DNA of 64,000 nucleotides. Source: Tricharina praecox (Eukaryota). Shown piece after piece: positions 36,801-50,646 of this stretch. The notes below the pieces were generated by a model that was not told the origin of the DNA, searched no databases, and worked only from the letters and a program-made list of their open reading frames with translations. A program made the translations under genes and the position numbers. Where the stretch lies: assembly GCF_024521635.1 (NCBI RefSeq), contig NW_026250404.1, positions 806,001-870,000 of the forward strand, read 5' to 3'. Every line of letters starts with the position of its first letter. Position 1 is the stretch's first letter.

Positions 36801-39347
36801 TTATCACTCTAGCCTTGTAGGTAATAGGTATCATACATACGGAGGAAAGGAGAAAAAGAGCTTCAGGTATTTCGAGCCACTACACACCGGGACCCCACCA
36901 ACCCCCCCTATAGTAGTACATACTTCCGACGGGGTTGCATTTTATTTTACTCTCTTTCCTCGTATGTATTGCACATAATGTAAAACCATGGTCGTTGGCC
37001 ACCGTCCAATGAACGAGCATTGTAGCCCCTTCTCCTCCTCCTCCTGAGTACTCCACCTCCTCCTCAAGCCCTCGAATCCACTCGGCATTCCGGCACATTA
37101 CCTTATACTTTGTAATTCCCCTCCCCATCACGACGGCGATATTCCCGGTAACACGAGCTCTTGCCCCCGCATCGAGACTACTATGTAGCCACTGGCTCTT
37201 CCAGTTCGTCGGGGACGAATACGGTATGCATACCGGTACATACTTGCGTACGGCTGAGGTTTCCATGCTACATACTCGGTAATGCGAGGCAAAGACTACA
37301 CGTCTCCGATAGAGTAGAGCCCGGTTAACGGCAGGAACACAATAGTAATGCTCCGGCCCTTGGTTATAGTAGCTGCAGTGCAGGCGTCTGAAAGTATAGT
37401 AGAGTAAGTACCTACGCAAGTGGCTGGTAGGTCGCGAGTGATTATTAGTGATTAAGCCGGCCACGTCGAGACGTCCTGGAGGCGACGGCGAAAGCCCCGA
37501 GGGGGGGGGACTGAATAGCACATTAGGAACAAGGAGCGCATGTGATAGGATGCAGCTGGTGCAGCACTACACGCGCAGCAGGAAAGACGGAAAGAAGGAC
37601 AGCTGCGATTTATGATTTCTCACGCGGCCCGGCTCGGTATAGTTCCCTCGCCGTTTCAATTTCCAAGCCCGTTCGACGAATGCGTAAGGCTTCCGTCTCG
37701 TTTGAACTTTGGCTCCGCTTGGAATGCACTACACACATACAAAGGTCGCCATCGGATTCCGACACTTCTTTCTAAGCGACGGACATTTAGGAAACGTTTC
37801 GCCTCCGATTGGATTTCCGTGTGGAGAATGTTCCAACTGCCTAGTCGAGATGTCAGGGGAAGTACTCTCACGTGGCTTTCTATTACTACCTCGCCGCTCA
37901 TCCGTAGTGCTTATGGGAAACCATCAGCCCGACTCCAGCTTACAAGGCTCAACCGTAGATACGTAGTTACAGTAAAACTAAAACCGGTTTGCGGTTGATC
38001 CTGTAGTAGGTATTCCTGCCGGGTTCGAGAACCCGCGGTAGAACCACTGGGTCAGTAACCGTGAATACCTACGCGATTGTTCACATGAATATAGTGTACA
38101 CGATAGAGGAAGATTGCCATCCTACGATGGAAAGCTGGACAAGTGGAGGTTCGCAGTGGCTCAAGAACTGCGCACGTTTTAAAAACGACTATCTATAGTA
38201 GTCCGCGCACCGTTGCCTCGCGTACCTGTTCGAGACAGTAGTCGTATGTACCTACATACTTCCATCGTTCCATGTCAGTTCAACTACCTACTGTCCTTTT
38301 CTGTAAGTTTACCGAAACGAAGCATAAGAGAATTCATAAAGCGGCAGGTGCTACTGGCCGAAACTCAGAGTGATGTACGGTGCTGCCACCTTTTGCGGGT
38401 TCCTGTTCCTGGTTTTAATTGTTACCTCGTATGTTCTCTCAAGGACCTCTGCTTGGAGTCTGAATATCACCTTGCGATCGTGAATACCGGTAACAATCTC
38501 AGCTCTCTTGCCGCCACAGCCTCCTCGCCCTTTCCTTTCGGTCCTGATTCCTAAGTCTATGGAAAAAAACCCCGCTGGAGGAAAACAAACAAGGGCCCAA
38601 CGGTAGTTATCCGCAGTCCCGACGAAAGCATATCTGTTTCCTTAGGGTTCTGCTTAGGATTTATAGTGTTGCGAAGATACTTTATAATACATGCGCAGTC
38701 AGGAATGCACGCGCAATAATGAGCATGAGAGACGCAGGCCTCATGATCCCGGGCCTGTGACCTGTCGAATTGATAGGCTTAGCGACAGCCTCGCAACACC
38801 TACTTCTCTATAGTGATACTCTCGGAGCTGGTAAGAACAGCTGTAACCGTACGATATCGATCACGTACGAAATGTTTCGAAACAAAAGCCAACGTTCGGT
38901 GGAATTCGAGAATGCCGAGAGAGAGAGCCGTACGCTCGGCGGCCCCACCACTGAGCGCCGCGGAACGAGATCCACAGAGGCGGACTGAGTGCGGATGATC
39001 AGGCTTGCACGCTATGTTATGTGCCGCTTAACTACGTACCTAGGTCGTAGTGTCAGCATGATCCGATCCTTTCAGTTCAGTTCGGATGCGAGATATGAAT
39101 TGTAGTTGTAATATGACCATCTCGCTAGTTAGACCACATTCCCGAGACATGCTTATTGATACATACTCTACATACATACTCTAATTGCCCTCACATGCGG
39201 GATCGAAAAAAGGGTTCAGTCTACGGAAGGAACCGGTCGGTAGGACCGTCGGCCGGCGAGTCCGCATACGGCATAATTCAGGCACCCAGCGGCCGGCCCA
39301 ACCAGATTTCTCCGGCAAATCTCGCCCTTGCATCATCGCCACTGTCG

Positions 39348-39381
<34 letters not shown>

Positions 39382-40168
39382 GATGGACTGGTGTGGGAAT
39401 AGCATGTATGATAGGTACTCTAAGCGACCTCCGGATGGAATCTTCGGAGCCAAGTACCTACTCTACATATGCTGGCTATGGTTATGGGCGCTGGTGTTGA
39501 GAGGTGAATTTCGGGCCGCGGCAAATTGCGCTTTATGCACAAGAACGGGTAGATATAGGACTACCGAGCACGTGGCTGCATAACAGCCGGAGCAACGGCA
39601 GAAAGTTATATGTACCTTGTAGTATAGGTAATACTAGATTATCGCTTCGATAGCAAAAGAAGATAAAATCAATTCATATAACCACATCCGGCCGCATGGT
39701 AGTTACTCTAGTCCGCAATAACAACACACTTTTCGGGGGTGTGCTCCAAATTCGCCCTCGTGGGTCTCCAAAATAGGTACACGTCTACTCAAAACTACAT
39801 CATACTTGTCCTTTCGAACTTCACGACAGCCTACCGTTTCCATTACCTCCCTTGGCTCGCCTTCCAGGGGCTTAAGTAAAAATGATGTTGGGCTGATCAT
39901 AGGCCATAAAACTATTATATCTGCACCTTGCCAATGGTTGTCCTCGGTTGCGATGTCACATCTCGTCTTCTTCTTGTTAGAAGGACTCGTGGAGGCGATT
40001 CACTGGAACGATCTAGATGGAGAGAAGTGGTATGTTTGGGTTTGAGAGAGTGGGAGAGAAAGAAACCCGAACTTGGACCCGCTACCGCACCGAACGTTCC
40101 AAGCATTCTCCACCACTGGTCCTCCGAACGGCTAGTGGACTACTCACAGGAACACACTCGTTCCAGCA

Positions 40169-40425
40169 CTTCTTCTTCTTCCTCTTCCTATTCTTCCTCC
40201 TCTTCCTATTCTCCTGCGTCTTCTTATTCTGCTTCCTCTCCCTATTCTTCTTCACTTCCTATTCTGCTTCCTTTCCTTTCCTATTATTCTTCGTCTTCCT
40301 ATTCTACTTCCTCTTCCTATTCTTCTTCACTTCCTATTCTGCTTCCTTTCCTTTCCTATTCTTCTTCGTCTTCCTATTCTTCCTCCTATTCCTATTCTTC
40401 TTCCTCTTCCTCCTCCTCTACTTCC
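40169..40425. repeat. Pyrimidine-rich low-complexity tract (TCTTCCTAT-like units) with an internal 75-bp-period duplication
   Basis: cctattcttcttcacttcctattctgcttcctttcctttcctatt occurs at 40241 and 40316. Confidence 0.85.
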
Positions 40426-41520
40426 GCTCTGGCTTTCTTATTCTCCATCCGCTCCTTTTCCTCCTTTTCGTCTTCAATCCGTCCCACACTCTCTCCCACC
40501 GTGACTTGCCCGTAGTAAATAACCAAATGCCACACCTTCACATCCACAAACTCAACTGTATTAGCCGCAGGTACAAGTCTCATAAAAGCTATAATGTTTG
40601 AGGATACCTATCAATACGTTTTTTTTGGCACGATTTCTGGGCCCTAATGTCATTGGTCGACAATGCTTCCTGTCCTTGCCGTACATATTAAAGCCGGTCA
40701 CTAGCGATCATTCGCCCGAGTATCCACAAAGGCTGCAACTCGTGACATCGTGATCTTGTACAAGACGAGCCTGTAATTCGCTTTCCTATACACAATTCCA
40801 AGCGGCGTTTTCCTCATTTCCAAGGGCTCGGAATCCGGCGAGCCAACAGTGGTGACTTCTTTTACCAGTGAGATCGCATGACCCAAGTTGCGAGTTACTT
40901 TACAGTCAGGGTGAATAGCCGCTACAACCGCGACTATACTGCACTTCAGCATTCGCCGGTGATCTTCTGGGAATATACTCTACCGATTACTATGTTCCAG
41001 AGCCTAGGACTCAAAGGAAAAAGAAAACAAAAACCTTGGAACCTTTACGAGTTTCATCCCAGCCGGACGCGCTCACATGCTTCACGATGACTTCTGTTTC
41101 TGAAAGAAATACAGTTTCTTGCACTCTAGGAATACAACGCATTTCGTTTTCATAAATTCCAAGGACTTGGTGGACAGAATTACCACCGAAAGAAGAAATA
41201 CGACAGGAAATCACAAGAATGGCTAGATCCTTTTCGACAAGTTATAGATACTTGGGATTGGCACGAAAGCTTTCAGCCCAGGAGCTATCGTCTACACCCA
41301 GCATACCTAGGTAATCCGTCCTCCATCATCAGCCAGGTCGGTTTGTTCTGCCCATGAGTCTGGTCACTCGGTAAAGGGGCCTTGTGGCACGTCCGCTCCG
41401 TCAAGATCAGAAACATCAACTGATCCTGCTTCGCGATTGCTGGGCTAGTCGCCCCCCACAATGACCATCCGATTCCCGTACGGAATGCAGGTGTGTGCCC
41501 CAGAATGTATGTACTGGTTA

Positions 41521-41750
41521 GCAATCAAGGTGGAATCGGGCTCGAGTTGGGCACATCTGCAATCACCACCGCTCAGTCGGTAAGTGGGCTGCGGAATAAC
41601 GAGATACTTATCAGGTAAACACGCACATAAAGGCTGGCATTGAGAGGACATAGATGTCATGTACTCGGGTTGTGGCGTCGGTGTTGGTCCGCAATCGAGG
41701 CGGAATTGGGCCCGAGTTGGGCCCATATGCACCACCGCTCAGTCGGTAAG
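41521..41750. repeat. Diverged ~60-bp direct repeat pair, 170 bp apart
   Basis: gcaatc.agg.ggaat.gggc.cgagttgggc.cat.tgca...ccaccgctcagtcggtaag at 41521-41584 and 41691-41750. Confidence 0.8.
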
Positions 41751-42828
41751 CTGGCAATGAGAACACAAACCATTCAATTTCCATAGACAAAAGATCGCTT
41801 CGGTTTCGCAGTTGCGGATCAGAAGACCGGAATACAATCATGAATCATGATACTCACTCGTCGACGTTACCGCTCCCCGTTGTGAACTAACACCGAACAG
41901 GAACACGTCGGTGTGAGAGGCTCCCCTCCACCGGTAAGCGGCGCTTGATTATACCGCCGTCTTCCCGCCTTTTTCCTGGAGTCAATTGATCGTGAGGTAT
42001 TCCAGCTGCGCCGTAGAATCAGTCACCTAAAGCCCGCGCAACCAACACAACACAACCGTTCATCATATGATCGAACGATCGTAGAAATGGCCTCCCTGCA
42101 TAAGCAGATCCTCTCCATCGACCCACAAACCTCATCTATTAACCACTGGGACCTCAGTCCACCTCATCGCTACTACCTCGAGGTTCGGATTAATTCACAT
42201 TAGAATCTCGTTCGAGTGATAATCTGACGGAGTGCCCATTCAGATCACAGTCACACACACTGACAGGCTCACGATCCGTAACGCGGCAATTAGCCACCCC
42301 GCCGTCGATGTAGACGTACTCGCCCACGCAGACGGCGGAGTAGGCCATAAGCTAACAGTGCTGGTCTTTTATCGAATACCCATGGAGGTTAGGGCGGGTG
42401 CGACGGCTCAGACGAGGCAGAGAGAGGTCTTCTACTGTTGCCACGACGATGACCCACGAGAGTAGAACACGATCAGAAGCGGTGGATCCATTGTTCGCTG
42501 AGTTTACGTTTATTCCCCGCATACGTGAAGGAGATGTCCCGAAATTCAACGTTTTATTTCCCCCTATCCTATCCTATCCATCCAGCCCATCCGTCTCGTC
42601 CCGTCGCAGCATCAAGTCGCAGCATCAAGTCCCATCCCTTCGCATTTATGGACCAAAGAAAATCAAAAGCATTAGAACGACAGTAGCAAGCAATAGCGCG
42701 AACAATTGCGATCACATTTTTAGTGACGCAAGGCCTTTAAAGGTGGAATCATACATGCAAACGCGCAAACGAACCGAAATCAAATTGATCAGCCAGTGCC
42801 ATATTTTTGTTCCAACGAAAGCCGGGCT

Positions 42829-44573
42829 CTACAATCCACCCTTTCTGAAAGTGAAGGCAAGATAGAATCCTGCACTCATCGTTAGCCACAACGCATCCCA
42901 CGGGGGTAGAAAAGGGTAAACTCACCACACGCCTCCCACTCATCGTCGCCGAGCGCAAAGCTACCATCACGGTTGCGAACACCCATACGCTCACTGAGAT
43001 GCCTCATCTCGGGTTGATCTTTCTCCTCCCTCCAGACGTCATGGAACGGCTTGCGATATTCGAGCTCGAGCCCGTAGTCCTCAGCGATGCCACGGAAAGC
43101 CTCCCACGGCACCACATACTCAGGCACTTCCTCGACTGCCTCCTCAAGGAAGAAGTTGTACTCCCAGCCCCACGGTGGACGGAAAGTTCCGGCCCGAGGA
43201 GGCGGTTTAGAGAACTTCACGCGGTATATAGAGTTGCCCCATTCCTGGATTCCGTGCTCCGGGTTCTCGGGGAGGGTATCTCTCTTGTCGGTTCCGCGGA
43301 CACGTGCAGAGATCACATCGGAGGACGGAATGGTGCCGATGAACCTCCCGCCAGGCTTCAAGGATCCCGACACGTTCTTGAGCATGGCCCGGCACTTTGC
43401 CTCGGTCTCGAAGGCGTAATGCATGCAGAACATCATGCTGACAACGTCAAAGCCAGCGGGCGAAAGGCGGGGATTTCCCCGTGATCCAGGGCCAACATTA
43501 GCGTCATAGCCGATGCGTTGGACGATCGGAATCTTGCTGAGTGGGTTGGTCCAGCAGTCCAGGGCGTGGAATTCCGCGAAGAAGACCGGATGGCCTCGGC
43601 GACCACGTCGTTGGTCGGAAAGCATGCTGTTGTATCGGTCACGGGCGTGCGCGATCGAGACATCTGCCGAGTCGACACCGAGGTAGAAGCCCACCTCTTG
43701 AGGGGCTGATTTCCACTTGAGCAGGTCACCACCCTTACCGCAGCCCATGTCCAAAACGACGAGGTGATCGTTTGGGTTGTAGCTGGGACGACGGGGGTCA
43801 AAGTCGTCACGAGGAGAGAACTTCTGAATAAGCGTGCTCTTGACCCAGTTGTTGAAGGACCGCAGACCCTTGATTTTGCTCGACTGTCGCCATTCCTTGC
43901 CGAGTTCCTTCTTATCGTTGTAGTGCGAACGCACCACCTCCTCGACACGTTCTGGGAGCGCCGGCTTCGACTGCTCTGCCTCACGCTTCTCAACGGTTTG
44001 CCGCAGAAGTTCCTTTTCCTTCTCGGTAAGACGCGAAGATGTGCCAGGACGCTTGCGTGGGCGTGGAGGAGATGACCTACGCGAGGGAGGAGGTGTAGGG
44101 TCATCATCTTTCGGCGCGGGGATTATCGGCGGCGGCGGCGAGTTGTAACGGTACTCGCGATCGCGGTTGTCGCGGCGACGAGGAGGTGCGGAGGATGACT
44201 GTTCATCGTAGCCCGCACGACGCCGCTTCAAGGGAAGTGGTTGCCGATCCCTCTCATCATTTCTGCGTGTCGGCGGCGACGCTTTGCGCTTGCGCGAGGG
44301 AGAGACGGAAGATTGGGACGCGGCACCACGGGAGGGCGAACTGGACTGAAGAGGGGATCTGGGGGGCTCGCGGACACGGACTGCTGGAGGCGAGGACTGG
44401 AGAGGGGGTGCATGTTGCTGCTCAACGGGCTGCTCAACGGGCTGCTCAATGGGCTGCTCGGCGGGCTGCTCTGCGGGCTGCTGTGGGGGAGCAGGACGGG
44501 CTGGCGGAGATGCCGAGATGGGGTCCGAGGTGAAGATATCTCGAGCCGGATCGTAGCGGTCGCGAGTTGGCAT
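42829..44573 (-). CDS. ABD1: mRNA cap guanine-N7 methyltransferase; exons 44573-42926 and 42869-42829
   Basis: Motifs VRSHYN, LRSFNNWVKSTLI, SAM-binding VLDMGCGKGGDLLKW, FDVVSMMFCMHYAFETE, LKPGGRFIGTIP, VPEYVVPW. Intron 42870-42925 gives the C-terminus EWEACG|FYLAFTFRKGGL*. Confidence 0.96.
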
Positions 44574-46564
44574 TGTTGGTTGATGCGATGTTGTAGTTGA
44601 GCTGAGGGTGGATGTTGACCAGCCTTGAGATTGACGATGGGTTTCACACTAGAGACTGGCCACGTGACAAGAATCTGCGACGTTCAAAAATGCATGACGT
44701 TAGCGGTTAGCCTAGGATTCCATTAGTTAGTCCCATTCTCTGAGACCAGAACTCTCAGACTTATCGGAAAGGAAAAGCCCCGAGCTCAGCAGGGAGGCTG
44801 GTACTCTACTGTACTATGTATCATAGCAGTAGTACCCCTACAGCTCTTGCCCTTCAGCACGGTTTTCCTCTGGATTGGATGGTTTGGATTCAACGGAGGA
44901 AGCAGACGGGTGACCAAAGTATCCGCACGGCAGCCAAAAGCACACCCAACACCGGCGGCGAGCCGGTTGGGGAAATCCTCATGTGATCACCAAATTGATT
45001 GGGAAAATCTGTAGCAAGTCGGGGAGTGGCTGTTTTTCTAGAGTCTCTTCCCGGCGCATGTATGTAGAGTACATAACATGAAACGACCAGGTAATTCTTG
45101 AAGCGGCGGTTTGGTAAATCCTGGGACAACTGGTCATATGTGCATAACTTGAGAACTCAACAGAGCCGCCCGCAGTGGTAATACCTATCTCCAAGGTACA
45201 TCATAGCCACATATTCCAAGATGTGATGTTGGATTCCGAATGCGGAGAACCGTCGTGTCAAGATATTATTGTCGCTAAAAGGTGATTTCTCAGCCGGCTT
45301 ACGGCCAGTGTGTGTTTTGGCCATTATGTGTTGTCCGGAAATCTTTGTCGTCCGCATGAGCCATGAACCTATGTGCTGTGCGGACGGTATGCAGAGTACA
45401 TATGGTCGGCGCAGGATTCATCCCTACACTGGTGCCTATGCGGGAACCATATGCAACGGTAGCTCATGACGCGGACTGCCTCCGAGATTGAAGATAGAGA
45501 AGAACAGGATCCTGTTTTTTGGCGTCGGTTGCCGAGAGATTTTCCCCCTAAGTCGGGCCCACCCAGGATCCGGCCTAACCCATGTGGGATACCGAAGGTG
45601 GCCAGGAAGACTTCCAAGTTTTCTCGACGACCCAAGTTCCGCTCCGAGTCTCGGTTTCCGGCAAGTCGCCGCGACACCACGCGTTTACGCCACTGCTTTT
45701 TGACAGCGGCCTCGTTTCTCTCGAAATACACACATCCACACCGATCTCCCGGCGCAGGATATTCATCCGGCGCAGGTCCTGTATGCAGAATTTTTGCCGT
45801 GTGGCGTTCACGACCGACGAGAAACACCTGATGCCCACTTTCGTCAGTTGAGATGATCATCCACATCATGGAGCAGAGATAAAGTAAAGGCCTAAGCAGA
45901 TACTCTATCACAAAGTAGAATGTTCACCTGCATACACCTACTGATTTGGTCCAGGGATGAACGCCGCTTCTCAAAACATCCCAGGACGGACACAGAACAA
46001 CTTCTGTCGATCATCCCTCTTACCGATACTCTAGGTCATGGAGATCCACTCTTGGGCGCTGTCCCTTTGCTTGCGTGCCCATCTCCTTGCTCCTATCATC
46101 CAGCCATCCATCCAAAGGGGTCTCCCTGTTGGCATCCGTATCTCGATCGGCTGAGAAAGCAGAAAGGATCTGCTAGTGTTGACAGCTAACAGTAAAAGAT
46201 ATGCTGTTCAGCATATCCCTCTTTTTCCCTCACTCCTCAATTCTCCATCTTCTGTCTTTTCTCTCACCGAACTCCCCCTTCGTTAAAGATTCCCCCAAGA
46301 CCTCTGCTCCCTAGATCTTCAAAACTCTGGATAAACCACCGGTAACGGAGCTCCCGGAACCCCCACAAGCTAGCTGTCGCTAGCCACTGTACATCGACGT
46401 CACGCTCATTTCGAGCGCTCAATCGGCGTTTGCCTTCTATCCAAATCAGCCCTTTTAGAAATCCGCTGTTCCCCTATACCCGGATTTGATATTCTTGTCG
46501 TTGATCATAAAACCCCTCGGCTCCCCCCGAATTGATGTCGTTGAAGCTCAACTCGCACTCCTAA

Positions 46565-49500
46565 ATGTCGACACCTACCACAGAATGGGAGAGATCCCAA
46601 CTAGCATACCCAACCGACCTCCAACGTCCGCCTGCCTTGGACACCTCAGGACGGCCATACACCGGCGGAAACGCCAATGATCGATTTCCTTCCGAGAGCA
46701 CGGCCGGAACGTATGCAGAAACCCCAACAGCCCCAACGTCGCCCACGTTAGAAAGGTTGCACAAAACAACAACCGGTGGCACGGCCCGAACGGGGAGATA
46801 TGGGTCGAGCGTCTACTCGCCCTCACGGGCGAGGGAGGAGGCCCACCGACCCTTCGACGATCTGGAGCTCATGAAAGCCGAGCGAGTGGCTTCCAAGAGC
46901 TCCAGAGACATATACCGAGCCAGCAGCAAAAGAGACAGGGATTTTGCCGCGAGGCCAGACACTACATCGGACGTATTGGAAGAGGAGACGAATCCAGTGC
47001 ATAAAACTGGGAAACCATGGAAACCTCCGACACAGCCGGCCACAAAATTTGCGAAACTCTTCAAGAAGGTAGGATCGGCCCAGTCCAGTCCAGTCCAAGC
47101 AAGTCCACGGATTCAAGACTTCCTCCTTCTCCCGCTTCCCCCGAAACATCAATGCTGAGAGAGAGGTATGTAGGTTCACGAATCATCGTGGGTGGTACGG
47201 TACTTTACGTACATTGTGCCGGTGGCGTTGGTGTTGCTCATCCCACTTCTAGTGACAGCAATTCGGTATCCCGATCATACCACCGGAGGGGTATACACCA
47301 AATGGTTTATGATTTGGCTGGAAGTTGTCTGGTTGAGCTTATGGGCTGGAAGAGTGAGTACTCCAACATTTGATGGAATAAACCAGTTATTAATGGTAAA
47401 CAGATCGTCTCCAAACTTATCCCATATCCCGTGGGGATTTTCGCCAGTGCGGTCACCAACGGCAGTAAGAAGTGGCGAGACATGGCCCACATGCTAGAAG
47501 TCCCAACGACGCTGTTCTTTTGGTGGCTCTCCATCTATATCTCCTTCCTGCCAATAATGAAACACAACCACGCGGACGGAAACACCGATACCCAGTACTG
47601 GGAGAAGAATGCAAATATTGTATTGTTGTGTCTGTTCATCGCCACCACCTTGAACCTGGCCGAGAAGATCATCATTCAGCTCATTGCCATCTCCTTCCAC
47701 ATGAGGACCTATGCCGACCGTATCGAGCTCAACAAGTTTCAAATCAGCAGTTTGGCAAAGCTGTACAAGCATGCTAAGCAAATGGAGAGAGACTTTGGAG
47801 AGATGAACGAGAAGGTTGCTCAACGTAACGGGGCTGTGACGCCAAAGGTTGCGTTGCTGCAGGCCAGACAGGGTGCCCAGCGTGCGTTCTTGCAGATCGG
47901 AGACGTAGTGGGAAAGATTGCGGGTGATTTTACTGGCAAGGAGGTCAACTCCAGCACCTCGCCTCAACAAGTGGTTCTCACTCTGCTTCAAACGACAGAA
48001 GGAAGCAATGTGGTCAGTGGCTCTTCTGCCTTTGTGGGGGTGAATAGGTTCGCTAACCTCCTATAGCTCGCTCGCCGGCTTTACCGCTCGTATGTTAATC
48101 AAGACGAGGAAAACGTGCACGCAGAAGATCTGTTAGGCGCATTCACCGATGATGAAGAAGGCGAAGCCGCATTCTCAATGTTTGACCGCGATCTGAACGG
48201 CGATATTTCTTGTGAAGAGATGGAACTCGCATGCGTCGAAATCGGTAGGGAACGAAAAGCCATCGCGGCAAGCTTGAAGGATTTGGATAGCGTTGTCGGC
48301 AAGTTCGATGACTGCCTGACATTCATCGTTGCGATCATTGTCATTCTGGTCTTCCTCTCTTTGATCTCGAAATCGACGGCTGGTAGGTGCACCCATTTCC
48401 CTTTCTTCCGCCGGACAGTCATTAACACTCCGCTATAGGAGTACTCACTTCCGCGTCAAGTTCAATCCTAGCTCTTTCTTGGCTTTTCTCGGGAACGGCG
48501 CAGGAATTCCTTGCGTCCCTCATCTTTGTCTTCGTTAAACACCCGTTTGATGTCGGTGATCGGTAAGTGATGGTTCATGATTAGGTGCTATGAACCCTGT
48601 CTAATCAAGTGCTGAACAGAGTTGATATCTACAACACCGGAGCCGGCACGATTGACACTTTCTACGTCCGAGAAATCGCCCTGATGTACACCGAGTTCAA
48701 GAAGCTGGAAGGAGCCATCGTCCAAGCTCCCAACTCACTCCTCAACACTCTGTTCATCCTCAACATGCGCCGAACCGGTGGACTAGCCGAAGCCATACCC
48801 ATCGTGTGCAAATTCGGCACGACACTTGCCCAAATCGACGAGCTCCGCGAACGACTTTTGGAGTTCGTAAAATCCGACAAACGCGAATACCAAGGCAAGA
48901 TCATCACGGAGCTTAGGGACATCCCGGACATGCACAGCGTCAAGCTCAACGTGGTATTCTTCTACAAGAGCAACTGGCAAAACGAACTCGTACGTCTGCA
49001 GCGGAGGAACAAGTTCATGTGCACCCTCATGTGCAACATCCAGGAGCTCGGCATCGAATCGCCGAATATGAGATGGCCTGGACAGAAGCAGAGCGCCCCG
49101 ATGTACCTCAGCAATGCTCTCCCCGAGCAGTTCGCGTCTCCTATCCCCAACCCCTCGATCCCCCCGCCTACTTTCGCCGGCCCCTCCGCGCCAGTCGATG
49201 ACTTCCCCAATGCTTCCGACAGCTTCTTCGGGGCACGTAGAGGCTCAGCGACAACACTTGAGCGTGGCGGCTCCATTCGGGGCCGCAAAGTCGACTTTTC
49301 GCTTGGTGTGAAGGACATGGTAGCCATGGACGATAGTGGTGACGTTTGGGACGACCGACCCAGACGGGGACTAGTTCCATCGAGCAGTCTCCGCCGTGTG
49401 ATCGAGGAAGAGGAAGCAGAAATAGCAAAGACCACCAGCAGGAGAAGTAACGAAAGCCACGGGAACCATAGCTTCCTGCACCGGAGAAGGACCACTAGTA

Positions 49501-49733
49501 CGAGGGGTGGTAGTCGAGAGAGAGGACCGCATGATGAGGAGCTGGGGCTCCCAAGGCCGATGCACAGCAGAGGCAGAGGGAACTCCATCGGATCCCCGCC
49601 ACAATCGGCGCAAAGTAGAGTCCATGCAGTGAGCTCGCCGCCTATGCCAATGCCTGTGATGCCGGTTCCACCGCCGCCGGTGACGGTGACGCAGAGTACG
49701 CCGAGGGAGGAGGTTGAGATGAAGATGATTTAA
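46565..49733 (+). CDS. MscS-family mechanosensitive ion channel with EF-hand (Msy1/Msy2-like); exons about 46565-47068, 47174-47353, 47404-48012, 48067-48382, 48439-48562, 48620-49733
   Basis: Several transmembrane segments, [23 protein letters not shown]-hand [59 protein letters not shown]; canonical introns. Confidence 0.93.
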
Positions 49734-50646
49734 TGAGAGCATCTGGGTGAATGATATCGCATACAGCATTATGGTCGGATGATTAGGCTTAGATTTAGAT
49801 GTTTTTCTTGTATTTACCTTGTTTTGTATTCAGGGGCTGGACCCATGTACTGGTTCTTTGGGGGCATTTAATAGTATTTTTGCGCGCATTAAACATTGTT
49901 ACCTATCTCAGGCGGTTCTGTTCTGTCTCTCACGATGCTGCCGGCCCTCTCCTTACTCCTCCAATATCTCCGCCGCACGTCTGTCCGCCTCCTCAATAAC
50001 CACCACGTCCTCCCAGTTCATGAAGGCCCCAAATACGAGCCCTTTCCCAAACAGGGCACGGTCCTGCCAACTGCGGTGGTGCCAAGAAAGCCGGAGGTAG
50101 CCGGGTTGCATCGTGGGTCTGTGAAGAGGGTCACAATCCATGTCCGGTTGCGCCATCTATGTAGCCTGTCGTCTTCAGTTGAGCTCAGGTACTTCCAGCC
50201 ACCAGATTCGTGAGCTGTCGCCACGAGTGAGATAGCATGAATGGAATGTGCCTTTTGCACGCCAACTGTGACGCCGGCGCAAACAAGTGATATACTGGTA
50301 AGCCAAAATGCCTTTGGCTCTTCTCTCATTCCTATCCACGTTAGGTCGCTAAACTTGCCCTTCACTTGCCCTCACTCGACCCCCATGTAATAATGTTATC
50401 CCTGTTAAGCGAACAACTCACAATCGCCTGAACAACAAACGACTAAGCCAATCAACCCCAGTCAACCCCGGCCCCCGGCCAAGACCTGCAACACAGCAAC
50501 GAACATCTCGTCTCGTCTTCCTTTCACCTCCATCCCCTCCTCCCCTTCCGCGCCCCCAATAACATCCCCTTACGCCTCTTGTTCTACGGATCTCCCCCAT
50601 CCAACCTCTTTTGACCGTTTACACTTGATACGGATTCTCTACCATC

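Noticed and set aside
39928..40601. Ser/Tyr-rich and Phe-rich ORFs of about 195 codons
   Set aside because: A pyrimidine tract cannot easily contain stops, so ORF length is uninformative.
45369..45911. 180-codon ORF between ABD1 and the MscS gene
   Set aside because: No recognisable domain or convincing gene structure; a relic cannot be excluded.
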